Shown here: one piece after another, positions 17,281-26,494 of the stretch
Numbering within the stretch: the stretch's first letter is position 1
Layout of the letters: every line of letters starts with the position of its first letter
Assembly: GCA_003144275.1 (NCBI GenBank)
Contig: NJBF01000028.1
Location: 1-32,000 of the forward strand
Direction: 5' to 3'
Source of the DNA: Candidatus Heimdallarchaeota archaeon B3_Heim
GTDB lineage: Archaea > Asgardarchaeota > Heimdallarchaeia > Hodarchaeales > Hodarchaeaceae
DNA length: 32,000 nt
Made by a program: the position numbers and the translations under genes
The notes under the pieces: model-generated
What the model saw: only the letters and a program-made list of their open reading frames with translations
What the model was told of the DNA's origin: nothing
Databases searched by the model: none

Positions 17281-18435
17281 ATGAGAACTAGGGAATTTTC
17301 GGATAAAAATGATCATGTCAAATACCTTACAAGCAAGCTTTTGGAGATTGATAAGACGATGCAAGCCATTATGAAGACTAAGGAAGAAAAAGGATTTGAA
17401 ATCCGAGAAGTTCCAGAACCTGCAATTCAACATGGGAATGAGGTAAAACTCAAGATCGACGTTGCTTCAATCTGTGGTACCGACCACCACATGTGGGTAT
17501 ACGACCAATGGGCTCAAAAACGACTCCCTCCAGCTATTCCTTTTATTGCTGGACATGAAGCTGGTCTAGAGGTTGTTGAAATAGGCTGTGATGTAAAAAA
17601 TCTTCAGATAGGTGATAAAGTCTCCATGGAGTGTCATGAGGCATGTGGGACGTGTTATCAGTGTAGAAGTGATCGGATGCATATCTGCAGCAATACCAAG
17701 ATCTTTGGTATAGACAAGAACGGCATTTTTGCTGAATATGCAGTTATTCCTGAGTTAAATGCCGTCAAGAACGATAATGAACTTGATCCAGCCATAGCAT
17801 CTCTTCAAGACCCTCTAGGAAATGCAGTTCATTCCATATTACCAAAGGATAATATTGAAGATATTGCGGGTAAAAATATTCTCATCACTGGTGCTGGCCC
17901 TATTGGTCTCATGGCCATCCCAGTAGTAAAAATGCTCGGGGCCGGGCAAGTGTTCATTACAGCTGGTGGAAATAATTTACTGAGGTTAGAAACTGCAAAA
18001 AAGCTAGGTGCAGATATGGTTCTTTCTGCCCGAGAGGAAGGGGAGAAAATTCCGAAAATTATTAAAGATGCAACAGATGGAGTTGGAGTTGATGTTCTTC
18101 TTGAAATGGCAGGGAATATTTATGCTCTCAAACACGGTTTAGAATCATTAACGTATGGTGGTCGTGTTTCTTTACTAGGGTTCTTTCCAGGATCAATTGA
18201 ATTTGATATTAATTCATTAATGATTAGTAAGGGAGCATCAGTTTATGGAATTGCTGGCCGACGTATGTTTCAAACTTGGCAAGTAATGAAAGGGCTCTTA
18301 AGGTCAAAAAATTTGCAGGATAAGCTTAAGAATCACATTATCACGCATCGTGTAAATATGACTGATTGGGAAAAAGGGATGACTGAAATCCATGAGAAAA
18401 AGGCAATTAAAGTCGTAATGGATCCATTTAATTAG
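17281..18435 (+). CDS. tdh: Zn-dependent (MDR) L-threonine 3-dehydrogenase; alternative start ATG 17359 (MQAIMK)
   Basis: ICGTDHHMWVYDQWAQKR, GHE, structural Zn CGTCYQCRSDRMHIC, DPLGNAVH, GAGPIG and GIAGRRMFQTW. Confidence 0.9.
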   Translation: MRTREFSDKNDHVKYLTSKLLEIDKTMQAIMKTKEEKGFEIREVPEPAIQHGNEVKLKIDVASICGTDHHMWVYDQWAQKRLPPAIPFIAGHEAGLEVVEIGCDVKNLQIGDKVSMECHEACGTCYQCRSDRMHICSNTKIFGIDKNGIFAEYAVIPELNAVKNDNELDPAIASLQDPLGNAVHSILPKDNIEDIAGKNILITGAGPIGLMAIPVVKMLGAGQVFITAGGNNLLRLETAKKLGADMVLSAREEGEKIPKIIKDATDGVGVDVLLEMAGNIYALKHGLESLTYGGRVSLLGFFPGSIEFDINSLMISKGASVYGIAGRRMFQTWQVMKGLLRSKNLQDKLKNHIITHRVNMTDWEKGMTEIHEKKAIKVVMDPFN

Positions 18436-18575
18436 GTTAATTTAATTTTCCTTACTATCTTACTACTCTTTTCCTTCGTTTCGAGGTTCTCTCCTCTATA
18501 TTTTTAGATGAATGGGATAAGAAATCAAATAACTATTGAAGTATAAAATCTGATTAAGGCCTGAAGGGAATTTTT

Positions 18576-19538
18576 ATGAAGAATATACTTGTTACTGGTG
18601 CTGCTGGGCAAATAGGTACTGAATTAGTGACGGCTCTACGTCAACACTATGGGAAAGATGCTGTAGTTATTGCTACAGGTCGACGTACACAACTTCCAGC
18701 TTATATTAAGAACAGTGGCCCATTTTGTTACCTGAATGTTATGGATCGTAATCAATTAGAAGAAACTGCTTTTGAGAATAATGTTGACACGATTTATCAT
18801 ATGGCATCCATCTTAAGTGCTGTTGGGGAACAAAAACCACAGTTAGCTTGGGATATTAACATGAATGGGTTATACAATGTCTTAGAGGTCGCTCGTACGT
18901 ACGATATTAGCGTTATGTGGCCATCATCTATTGCGGTGTTTGGACCGGATACCCCGAAGGTGAATACACCGAATGACACGATTTTACGACCAACCACAAT
19001 TTATGGGGTCACAAAAGTCGCAGGAGAACTTCTTGCGAATTATTACTATCATAAATATGGGGTGGATGTTCGCTCTGTCAGATATCCTGGCATCATTAGC
19101 AGTGAAACACCTCCAGGTGGAGGAACCACCGATTATGCTGTTGCTATTTATTATGATGCAGTCCAACAAGGGTCATACACGTGTTTTGTTCGGGAAGATA
19201 CTGTTTTACCTATGATGTACATGCCAGATGCCATAAAAGGATTGATTGATTTAGCTGAAGCTGATAATGCCAAGTTAAAGCACAGAATATTTAATATTGG
19301 CTCTATGAGTTTTAGTGTAGGAACCCTTGCTCAATCTATCAAAGAAATCATTCCAGACTTTACCATTGATTATAAGCCCGACTTTCGGCAAGCAATTGCG
19401 GATTCTTGGCCTCAGTCAGTTGATGATTCAGTTGCACGGGCAGAATGGAATTGGGATCCCGAGTATGATCTCGCCAAAATGACGAAAGACATGATAGAAA
19501 AGTTACGGGAAAAATTTACCAAGGATACGGGATTCTAA
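18576..19538 (+). CDS. SDR/GalE-like NAD-dependent epimerase family, L-threonine 3-dehydrogenase type
   Basis: ILVTGAAGQIG, LSAVGEQKP, PSSIAVFG, YGVTK (YxxxK), PGGGTTDYAV and RQAIADSWP, typical of SDR-type TDH. Confidence 0.85.
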   Translation: MKNILVTGAAGQIGTELVTALRQHYGKDAVVIATGRRTQLPAYIKNSGPFCYLNVMDRNQLEETAFENNVDTIYHMASILSAVGEQKPQLAWDINMNGLYNVLEVARTYDISVMWPSSIAVFGPDTPKVNTPNDTILRPTTIYGVTKVAGELLANYYYHKYGVDVRSVRYPGIISSETPPGGGTTDYAVAIYYDAVQQGSYTCFVREDTVLPMMYMPDAIKGLIDLAEADNAKLKHRIFNIGSMSFSVGTLAQSIKEIIPDFTIDYKPDFRQAIADSWPQSVDDSVARAEWNWDPEYDLAKMTKDMIEKLREKFTKDTGF

Positions 19539-19831
19539 CGACCAAATATCCGTTCTTTCCAGCCCTTTTTCTTGAAGTGTTTATGCCACTGTCGTAATAT
19601 TTCATCTGCACAATCATATGGCCCAGTAAGAGCATAAAATTCAATGCCTACATTAATTGCGACCTTATGTAAGTATTGACGATCGATTTGAGCCTCGGAA
19701 ATATGGATTGTTTTTATTCTTGTGATAGCTTGGTAGAATATCAGCTCGTACCCGTACTCTATTCTTTTCATTTCACAAAAATAATTTCGACTGGAAGGTA
19801 ATTGAAAGCGTATTTTCTCAGTGGATACCAA
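19535..19831 (-). CDS. Hypothetical protein (98 aa)
   Basis: TTG start and protein-like composition. It fills the space convergent to the SDR gene with overlapping stops. No motif recognised. Confidence 0.55.
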   Translation of the reverse strand: MVSTEKIRFQLPSSRNYFCEMKRIEYGYELIFYQAITRIKTIHISEAQIDRQYLHKVAINVGIEFYALTGPYDCADEILRQWHKHFKKKGWKERIFGR

Positions 19832-20197
19832 ATAAATCCCAATTAAAAAATCCTTTTTCTTTTTATAACATTTTCTTTTATATGATTCAAATAATAAATT
19901 TCAACAACGAGAACGTTATTTTTTTATCTATCTTGTTAACTTGGGAAAAAAAAGAGGATAAGGTGTTGGAAACAGCATTTTATGTTGTTTTGTTCTTCTT
20001 TTCTTCCATTAATGGGTATTTCCGAAACATATAGGCCCCGAGAATAAGTATAATTCCAGCTACGGGCCCAACTAAAAGCAACCCAGCTGGCCCAGTGTTT
20101 AATAGACCAGATGGGAGTAAGTAAGAAAAATGGTTTTCTTCTCCCAAATCTTGTTCTTATATTATCGGAAAATCGAGCTACAGGCACGTTGATTAAG

Positions 20198-20390
20198 CCG
20201 TTCTGAAAGACTTACCCAAAGAGGACCGCTAGGAATAATTGGGAAAAACTATTCGTAACTATCATTGGAGCTGTTCTTCCTGATTCAGCGACGCGAGCCG
20301 GCATTAATGCAGGTCTTACCGCCTCTCCACAGGCGTTTAATGTCTCCGCAGAACTCTCGGCGACAGGAAAGACACATGACTTTCCTGATT
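20198..20390 (-). ncRNA. Putative TnpB omegaRNA/reRNA scaffold (right end of the element); boundaries approximate
   Basis: GC-rich stretch ...AACGCCTGTGGAGAGGCGGTAAGACC...GCGTCGCTGAATCAGGAAG..., typical of tnpB 3' ends that overlap the omegaRNA. It abuts the right junction. Confidence 0.55.
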
Positions 20391-20601
20391 GATTAGTAGC
20401 TTTTCTTCTTATAAACCTATTAAGCCCTGTAATCTAAAACAAATTTGCTTGTTTCCCGTTATTCTAATATCAAGAAGTTACTCAGCGCGTCATTTTAGGT
20501 ATAATCCCATGAGATCGGTTGAACACGCTGTTAATCATGTTTATTAATCTCTACTCCCTTCTCCTAAGATATCCTGCCTTCTATTTCTCTTCATTCCGTA
20601 A

Positions 20602-20642
20602 TGTCATCTTGTCCTAGTTGTCTATAAATGTCCATATCTGTC
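20602..20642 (-). repeat. Five phased GACA direct repeats in the left end of the IS607-like element
   Basis: TGTC on the + strand at 20602, 20610, 20619, 20629 and 20639 (8-10 bp spacing). This is consistent with the repeated TnpA-binding motifs described for IS607-family left ends. Confidence 0.7.
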
Positions 20643-20918
20643 AACCTATCCAACAACAGTATTGACCCTCACTGAGCTTTGCTGAATAAGTAACCATGGT
20701 TACAAATAATGCATCAAAGTTGGAAGGTTCTACAAGCACTTCTTTTAAATAGAAAGCAATGACGAAAACATTAAGGATATTCGCCATAATAGAGCTGCCA
20801 AAATTACCAAAAGCCCATGGGAAACCCTGAAAACGTCGTGGTCTATATTCTGTAGCAGCCATTTTTAGTTCACCAGTTTTACGATAGAGTAAATATGTGT
20901 TTTACTCGTTTAAGTTAA

Positions 20919-21062
20919 ATAAATTTTCACCAATTCATAGATTTTTATGATTGTACAGCAATCACTTTTTTTATCATCTTAGGTGAAGTATTATCCTTTA
21001 TTGGAGTTCTAGGGGCTATTTTAATTTCCCTCGCTATGATTATTTCACGAGAATACAATTAA
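20919..21062 (+). pseudogene. C-terminal fragment of an EamA/DMT-like transporter (no start codon)
   Basis: The open frame reads ...TAITFFIILGEVLSFIGVLGAILISLAMIISREYN*, resembling the EamA terminal LGE-x-L-x5-GAILI motif. An upstream in-frame TAA lies at 20916. Confidence 0.5.
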
Positions 21063-21083
21063 TTCCCTCCTCAATCTCAATAT

Positions 21084-21626
21084 ATGAGGAGAATGAAATT
21101 TCAACAAATTGTAGACCTGTTGAAACAATGTAATATTCAGGGAGGACTATGGGTAGATGCTGGCTGTGGGAATGGAACTTATACATTTCCCCTTGCAACT
21201 TTTGCTGGTCAAGTGATTGCGATTGACAGGAATATAAACAATCTGAGCTATTTAAAATCGAAGATTTCAACAGAGAAGAATATAATCACACAACAAATCG
21301 ATTTTAATAAACCAATATGGTATAACCAGCTGGTAGATGGAATACTATTTGGTTTTTCCCTTCACTACCATCCTGTTCCTCAAATTGCTTTAACGAATGC
21401 TTTTAACCAACTAATAACTGGAGGAACAATAATAATCATTGAATATGCCTCAGAAAACCCCGTTTCATGGGTTCCACATCCTTTATCCATGAAAAAACTG
21501 ATTTCTCTATTGAAAGAAATATCCTTCACCAACATACAGCCTGTAGAAATACTTCCTTCCCGAAGAATGAGTGCTTATTGGGATAACGCCTCATATATTC
21601 TTAAAGCAGAGAAAAACTTATCCTGA
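21084..21626 (+). CDS. Class I SAM-dependent methyltransferase
   Basis: WVDAGCGNG, VIAIDRN, QIDF, GILFGFSLHY and LITGGTIIIIEY motifs. Confidence 0.88.
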   Translation: MRRMKFQQIVDLLKQCNIQGGLWVDAGCGNGTYTFPLATFAGQVIAIDRNINNLSYLKSKISTEKNIITQQIDFNKPIWYNQLVDGILFGFSLHYHPVPQIALTNAFNQLITGGTIIIIEYASENPVSWVPHPLSMKKLISLLKEISFTNIQPVEILPSRRMSAYWDNASYILKAEKNLS

Positions 21627-21785
21627 AGTATTTTTCCTTAATGCGTATCATTCGAATTCCCTCCTGTAAATATCTACCATTGATAGATTAGATTATTATT
21701 CCTATAGGTAGATATTCACAATTATCCTTTTTGAATCAACATCAATCTCTAAGCTTATCATTCATCATGTACTGGAGAAATAATC

Positions 21786-23903
21786 TTGAGTCGCCTTCCT
21801 GATCGTATTAAACGTTTGCAAGATTTAGCAGAAAATCTCATCTGGGTGTGGAAACCGAATGCACGTGAATTATTCAAAATTTTAGATCATCCCACCTGGA
21901 ATTCCACGGGACATAACCCAGTTCATATGTTGCAGATTATTCCCCAAGAACGTCTTGATGCGGCAGCCAAGAATCCTTCATTTTTAAAAAAATATGATTC
22001 TATGATTCATACTTTGCAAGATATCCTCGAAACTAAAAATACTTGGTTCACAAGGAAGTATCCAGAATATAAAGGTAAGATTGCTTACCTTTCAACTGAA
22101 TATGGATTACACCAATCCTTACCAATATATTCGGGGGGTTTAGGAATTCTCAGTGGTGACCATGTTAAAGAAAGTAGTGATCTTGGATTACCATTTGTTG
22201 GTGTGGGATTTGTGTATCCACAAGGATATTTTAAGCAAACAATTTCGAGAGATGGTTGGCAACAGGCAGAATATGAAAATATTAATTTCTCAAAATCTCC
22301 AATCAAACCTGCTCCTTCAAATGGTGAAACCCAACTTACAATTGAGCTCCAATATCCAACTTCACTTTTTTTACGTGTTTGGACTATGAAGGTAGGCCGT
22401 ACTCCACTTTATTTAATGGATACAGATATCGAGCAGAACCAACCCTGGGATCGAGGATTATCAGCTCGTTTGTATGGGGGAGATCAAGAAATGCGTATCA
22501 GACAGGAAATTGTCTTGGGGTTCGGAGCACTCAAAATTCTTTCTCATTTTGGTCATAATCCCGATGTATTTCATCTTAATGAAGGTCATACGTCATTTGC
22601 TGCATTAGAACTCCTTCGACGTGAAATGCTTGACAATGGATTAAATTTTGAAGAGGCTAAAGAAGAAGTTAGGAAAAAAATTGTATTTACGACTCACACT
22701 CCAGTTAGCGCAGGACACGATCAGTTTTCGTTCGAACTTGTTTCAAAATACTTTCAAACATACTGGGAATCCTTAGGAATAAGTCGTGAAGACTTTTTAT
22801 CCCTTGGAGCATTTGATTGGGGCGAAGGAGCAGGACCGAGATTCAATATGACCACCTTAGGTATCCGTCTCAGTCGCTATCAAAACGCTGTTTCAAAATT
22901 AAATGGTGATGTTAGTCGGGAAATGTGGAAGAATCTATATTCTAGCGCAGAATTTCAAACACGTTCTCCCTTAACATATGTGACAAATGGTGTTCACGTC
23001 CCTACTTGGGTGAGTGGGCCTTTTCAGAGTCTCTATAAGAAATATTTAGGCAAAAACTGGTTACGCCAACAAGATAATCCTGACATTTGGGAACGAGTAG
23101 ATGACATCCCTAATATAGAATTATGGAATGCCCGACATGCAGCACGTCAGCATATGTTTTCTTTTTTACGAGAAAAAACCCGACTTCATCGGATTGAAGG
23201 GGATCGTGATTCACGATTAACTCTTGCTGCTGGAGCATTGCTTGATCCAGAAGCATTAACCATCGGATTTGCACGACGGTTTGCCACCTATAAACGAGCG
23301 GATCTGCTATTCCACGATCTCGAACGAATCAAAGCAAACTTGCTTGATCCATATACTCCTATACAAATCATTTTTGCAGGCAAGGCCCATCCACAAGATG
23401 ATCCCGGTAAGCATGTGCTGCAACGGATTTTCCAGAAAGTTGTCTCTGCTGAATATGGAGGGAGAATTGCATTCATTGAAGACTACGATATGCAAATTGG
23501 GCGGTATCTTGTTCAAGGCTGTGATGTTTGGCTCAATACACCTCAAAAGCCCATGGAGGCCTCGGGAACTTCTGGTATGAAAGCTGCAATTAATGGAGTT
23601 GTCAACTTCTCCATTTTAGATGGCTGGTGGCCGGAAGGCTATCAAGGAAGCAACGGATATGTTATAGGAGGACAAGATTTTCCAAATCAGAAAGAACAAA
23701 ACCGCAATGATGCCGAAAGTATGTATAATATATTGGAAACGGAAATTCGACCATTATTCTACAAACGGAATGCAGAAAATATTCCTATTGAATGGTGTGA
23801 AGTGATAAAAAACTCGATTAAAACAGTTACTCCAGAGTTCTCGGCCAGAAGAATGCTTAAACAGTACGTCCAAAATGCCTATTTACCAACAGAATCAAAG
23901 TAG
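21786..23903 (+). CDS. glgP: Alpha-glucan (glycogen/maltodextrin) phosphorylase
   Basis: TEYGL..LPIYSGGLGILSGD, HLNEGH, FTTHTP, GFARRFATYKR and the PLP site EASGTSGMKAAING. Confidence 0.95.
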   Translation: MSRLPDRIKRLQDLAENLIWVWKPNARELFKILDHPTWNSTGHNPVHMLQIIPQERLDAAAKNPSFLKKYDSMIHTLQDILETKNTWFTRKYPEYKGKIAYLSTEYGLHQSLPIYSGGLGILSGDHVKESSDLGLPFVGVGFVYPQGYFKQTISRDGWQQAEYENINFSKSPIKPAPSNGETQLTIELQYPTSLFLRVWTMKVGRTPLYLMDTDIEQNQPWDRGLSARLYGGDQEMRIRQEIVLGFGALKILSHFGHNPDVFHLNEGHTSFAALELLRREMLDNGLNFEEAKEEVRKKIVFTTHTPVSAGHDQFSFELVSKYFQTYWESLGISREDFLSLGAFDWGEGAGPRFNMTTLGIRLSRYQNAVSKLNGDVSREMWKNLYSSAEFQTRSPLTYVTNGVHVPTWVSGPFQSLYKKYLGKNWLRQQDNPDIWERVDDIPNIELWNARHAARQHMFSFLREKTRLHRIEGDRDSRLTLAAGALLDPEALTIGFARRFATYKRADLLFHDLERIKANLLDPYTPIQIIFAGKAHPQDDPGKHVLQRIFQKVVSAEYGGRIAFIEDYDMQIGRYLVQGCDVWLNTPQKPMEASGTSGMKAAINGVVNFSILDGWWPEGYQGSNGYVIGGQDFPNQKEQNRNDAESMYNILETEIRPLFYKRNAENIPIEWCEVIKNSIKTVTPEFSARRMLKQYVQNAYLPTESK

Positions 23904-23923
23904 GTATAAGATGGGAATATTCT

Positions 23924-24511
23924 TTAATCTAGCAAGGCAAGAGCATTATCTTGCCAAGTCTTAATTTGTGCGTCAGATTTTCGACCAATTAGTGTTGCAA
24001 TTTCTTGGCTATGTTTTCCCAGCAGTTCATCTATTGTGTTTATTCCTGCAGTGGTTAATTTATCAAAAGCTGCTTTGCCTATACCTTTTACTTCTGAAAC
24101 CGAAGTTTCTTTGGTAAACTTAGGTGTAGCTTTAGTGACAGGCTTCACTTCAGGCACGGGAACTGGTTCAGGTTCCAGAACTTTTGGTTTAACAACCTTT
24201 TTCGAAACGACTTTTTTCTTTGGTTTAACAGCTGTAACTGGTTTCTCTTTACGTGGTTTAGGCTTTGGGATAACTAATACCGATGGAGCTTTTGTAAGGA
24301 TTTGACCTGTTTCCATACAGATCCAGATATGCTGCATTTTATTAGCACTCGGTAAAAAACGCTCTCCTATATCGTAGATTGCACCTGGGCATGATGATTC
24401 TTTGTGATTTGGTTTAGAAACTCTATATTTTTTAGGAATATGTTTCTTAAGCCATCTTTTCCCAATTATAAACTCCTCACCGGGACTACCAAGCGTTTGT
24501 TTCCATGACAT
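23924..24511 (-). CDS. Hypothetical protein with a Lys/Pro/Val-rich linker and a C-terminal helix-hairpin-helix domain
   Basis: VKGIGKAAFDKLTTAGINTIDELL is HhH-like. The N-terminal domain was not recognised. Confidence 0.7.
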   Translation of the reverse strand: MSWKQTLGSPGEEFIIGKRWLKKHIPKKYRVSKPNHKESSCPGAIYDIGERFLPSANKMQHIWICMETGQILTKAPSVLVIPKPKPRKEKPVTAVKPKKKVVSKKVVKPKVLEPEPVPVPEVKPVTKATPKFTKETSVSEVKGIGKAAFDKLTTAGINTIDELLGKHSQEIATLIGRKSDAQIKTWQDNALALLD

Positions 24512-24700
24512 AATATCAAATCCAATGAAATGAAATAAGTAGCGGTTTTTACTTAAACCAACCTTATTTAAAGCTTAAATCCTTTCATTTAAAAGAAAAA
24601 CGATTTTTCTTTTAAGCTCTGGAGATATTTTTTAATTAAGACAGCTCTGACAGTGAAATCAGAAAAGAGCAAGAGAATTACTTTATAGGAAGCTGATAAT

Positions 24701-25684
24701 ATGCCTAGAAGGAAAAAAATCGGAGTTCTATGCAGCGGAGGCGATGCACCAGGAATGAATGCTGCATTACGATCCATAGTCCGAAGGGGGATTGCCCAAG
24801 GATTGAATATTGTTGCGATTCATAGAGGGTACAAAGGAATTTTTGATGAAGCATTTGAGAAGATGATACCACGCTCAGTGGGAAATATAATCCAGACAGG
24901 CGGGACAGTTATCAAAACTGCACGATGTGAGCGATTTTACAAAAAGGAAGGAGTAAGAGTAGCAGCTAAAATACTAAAAAGTAATAATTTTGATGGATTA
25001 ATTGCTATTGGAGGAGATGGAACATTTCGAGGATTATTAGAATTACAAAAGTACTGGGATGGTCAAATAATTGGAGTTCCAGGTACTATCGATAATGATA
25101 TTTATGGAACTGACTATACGATCGGTTTTGATACTGCACTAGATACTGCTATTCAGGCCCTTGATCGTATTCGTGATACCGCAGATTCTCATGAACGAGT
25201 TTTCATTGTTGAGGTCATGGGCCGGAATTCAGGTTTTATTGCACTAAAAGTTGGAATTGGAAGTGGAGCAGAGGAAATACTTATCCCAGAAGATGAACCT
25301 ATTGATTTGACTGCTGTAGCCACACGTATAAAAGCTGCACGAGATCGGGGGAAAACTAGTCTAATAATTATTGTGGCAGAAGGAGTTAGTCAACCAGACA
25401 TTTTCTCTTTCTGCAAGAAATTAACAAGTCAACCTGGTCTAGAATTTTCAACCCATATTTCAATTCTCGGTCATTTACAACGGGGTGGATCCCCTAGTGC
25501 AGTAGATCGGTGGAACGCGACTCGTATGGGAGCTTATGCCGTAGACTGTATCTCAGAGGGGGAATCTGGAATCATGGTTGGAGAGCAAAATCTCAGTCTT
25601 GTTAAAGTACCATTAGCAGATACTCAAAAGAAAAAATCGATAGACCGGTACGCTCACTCTTTAATTCACGATTTAGCTATCTAG
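24701..25684 (+). CDS. pfkA: ATP-dependent 6-phosphofructokinase (bacterial-type PfkA)
   Basis: SGGDAPGMNA, IGGDGTFRG, GVPGTIDND, VEVMGRNSG and ILGHLQRGG. Confidence 0.95.
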   Translation: MPRRKKIGVLCSGGDAPGMNAALRSIVRRGIAQGLNIVAIHRGYKGIFDEAFEKMIPRSVGNIIQTGGTVIKTARCERFYKKEGVRVAAKILKSNNFDGLIAIGGDGTFRGLLELQKYWDGQIIGVPGTIDNDIYGTDYTIGFDTALDTAIQALDRIRDTADSHERVFIVEVMGRNSGFIALKVGIGSGAEEILIPEDEPIDLTAVATRIKAARDRGKTSLIIIVAEGVSQPDIFSFCKKLTSQPGLEFSTHISILGHLQRGGSPSAVDRWNATRMGAYAVDCISEGESGIMVGEQNLSLVKVPLADTQKKKSIDRYAHSLIHDLAI

Positions 25685-25726
25685 TTGTGTACCAATTCTA
25701 TGTACCTATCTTTGTAGGTTTAGTTC

Positions 25727-26452
25727 CTAGGAGTTATTAATCGTACTAACTTTTTTTATCCCCAAATAATGTTCTTGAATCTTTTGAGAACTTAAGAGAT
25801 CACGGGATGGGCCTTCATGAACTTTCTTGCCAATAGCAAGAACATATCCCCGATCACTAATTTTCAGGCTTTGTTTGGCATTCTGCTCTATGAGAAGAAT
25901 TGTCGTTCCGCTTTCTCGTATTTCAATCAATTTATTCAGGATTTCTCGAACCAATTTAGGGGCCAACGCCGCTGTGGGTTCATCAAGACATAATAAAGCT
26001 GGTTTATTGACCATAGCGCGAGCCAATGCCAGCATTTGACGTTCTCCACCAGAGAGATTTTTCGCTTTTTCAGCTTCACGACCTTTTATTGCAGGAAAAA
26101 GGTCATACAGTTCAGAATAGGAATATCTGTCTTTAGAAGGGAGATAAGCACCCATTTCTAAATTTTCATGAATAGTCAAGGAACTAAAGACGTTATTCAA
26201 TTGAGGGACGTAACCAATACCTAATTTTGCGATCTTATTTGGTGATTTTTTATCAATTCGCTTATTATCAAAGATTATTTGACCAGAAAATGGTTTTAGG
26301 AACCCCACGATTGTTTTCATTAGTGTGCTTTTGCCACTACCGTTTGGACCGATGATAGAGACAAACTCTTTTCTTTCTACCTCAATCGAAATATCATGAA
26401 TTACTTCTGCTTTTTCATATCCACCTGTTACATTAGTTACTTCCAACATCAT
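25727..26452 (-). CDS. livF: Branched-chain amino acid-type ABC transporter ATPase
   Basis: GPNGSGKST, LSGGERQML, LDEPTAALAP and IEQNA. Confidence 0.9.
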   Translation of the reverse strand: MMLEVTNVTGGYEKAEVIHDISIEVERKEFVSIIGPNGSGKSTLMKTIVGFLKPFSGQIIFDNKRIDKKSPNKIAKLGIGYVPQLNNVFSSLTIHENLEMGAYLPSKDRYSYSELYDLFPAIKGREAEKAKNLSGGERQMLALARAMVNKPALLCLDEPTAALAPKLVREILNKLIEIRESGTTILLIEQNAKQSLKISDRGYVLAIGKKVHEGPSRDLLSSQKIQEHYLGIKKVSTINNS

Positions 26453-26494
26453 CCTATGAGCCTCAGATTACGTATCCATTTTTGCTATTATGAT

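Larger units (their letters stand above)
20198..20665 (-). mobile_element. Non-autonomous IS607-like element (MITE), 468 bp, lacking tnpA and nearly all of tnpB
   Basis: Junctions are GAGGG|TCAATAC and CAGAACGG|CTTAATC, with GG at both ends; removal restores GAG GGC TTA in frame. It has left-end GACA repeats and a TnpB-tail relic ETLNACGEAVRP (20311-20346) and SLNQE (20277-20291). No TIRs. Confidence 0.8.
19980..20862 (-). pseudogene. GPH/MelB-type MFS transporter pseudogene (IS insertion plus large internal deletion and frameshift)
   Basis: The N-terminus ...AKLSEG (from 20862) resumes as LINVPVARFSDNIRTRFGRRKPF after removing 20198-20665. It then jumps in another frame to a last-helix segment GPVAGIILILGAYMFRKYPL...TT* (stop at 19980). 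Most central helices are missing. Confidence 0.85.

Noticed and set aside
19936-20187. 83-aa ORF and 73-aa ORF (20641..20862) as independent genes
   Set aside because: They are pieces of one MFS pseudogene with out-of-frame or insertion-derived tails.
20198-20665. Possibility that the insertion is a self-splicing IStron
   Set aside because: No group I core motifs (P7, J8/7) were seen, and the host gene is independently destroyed by deletion and frameshift.
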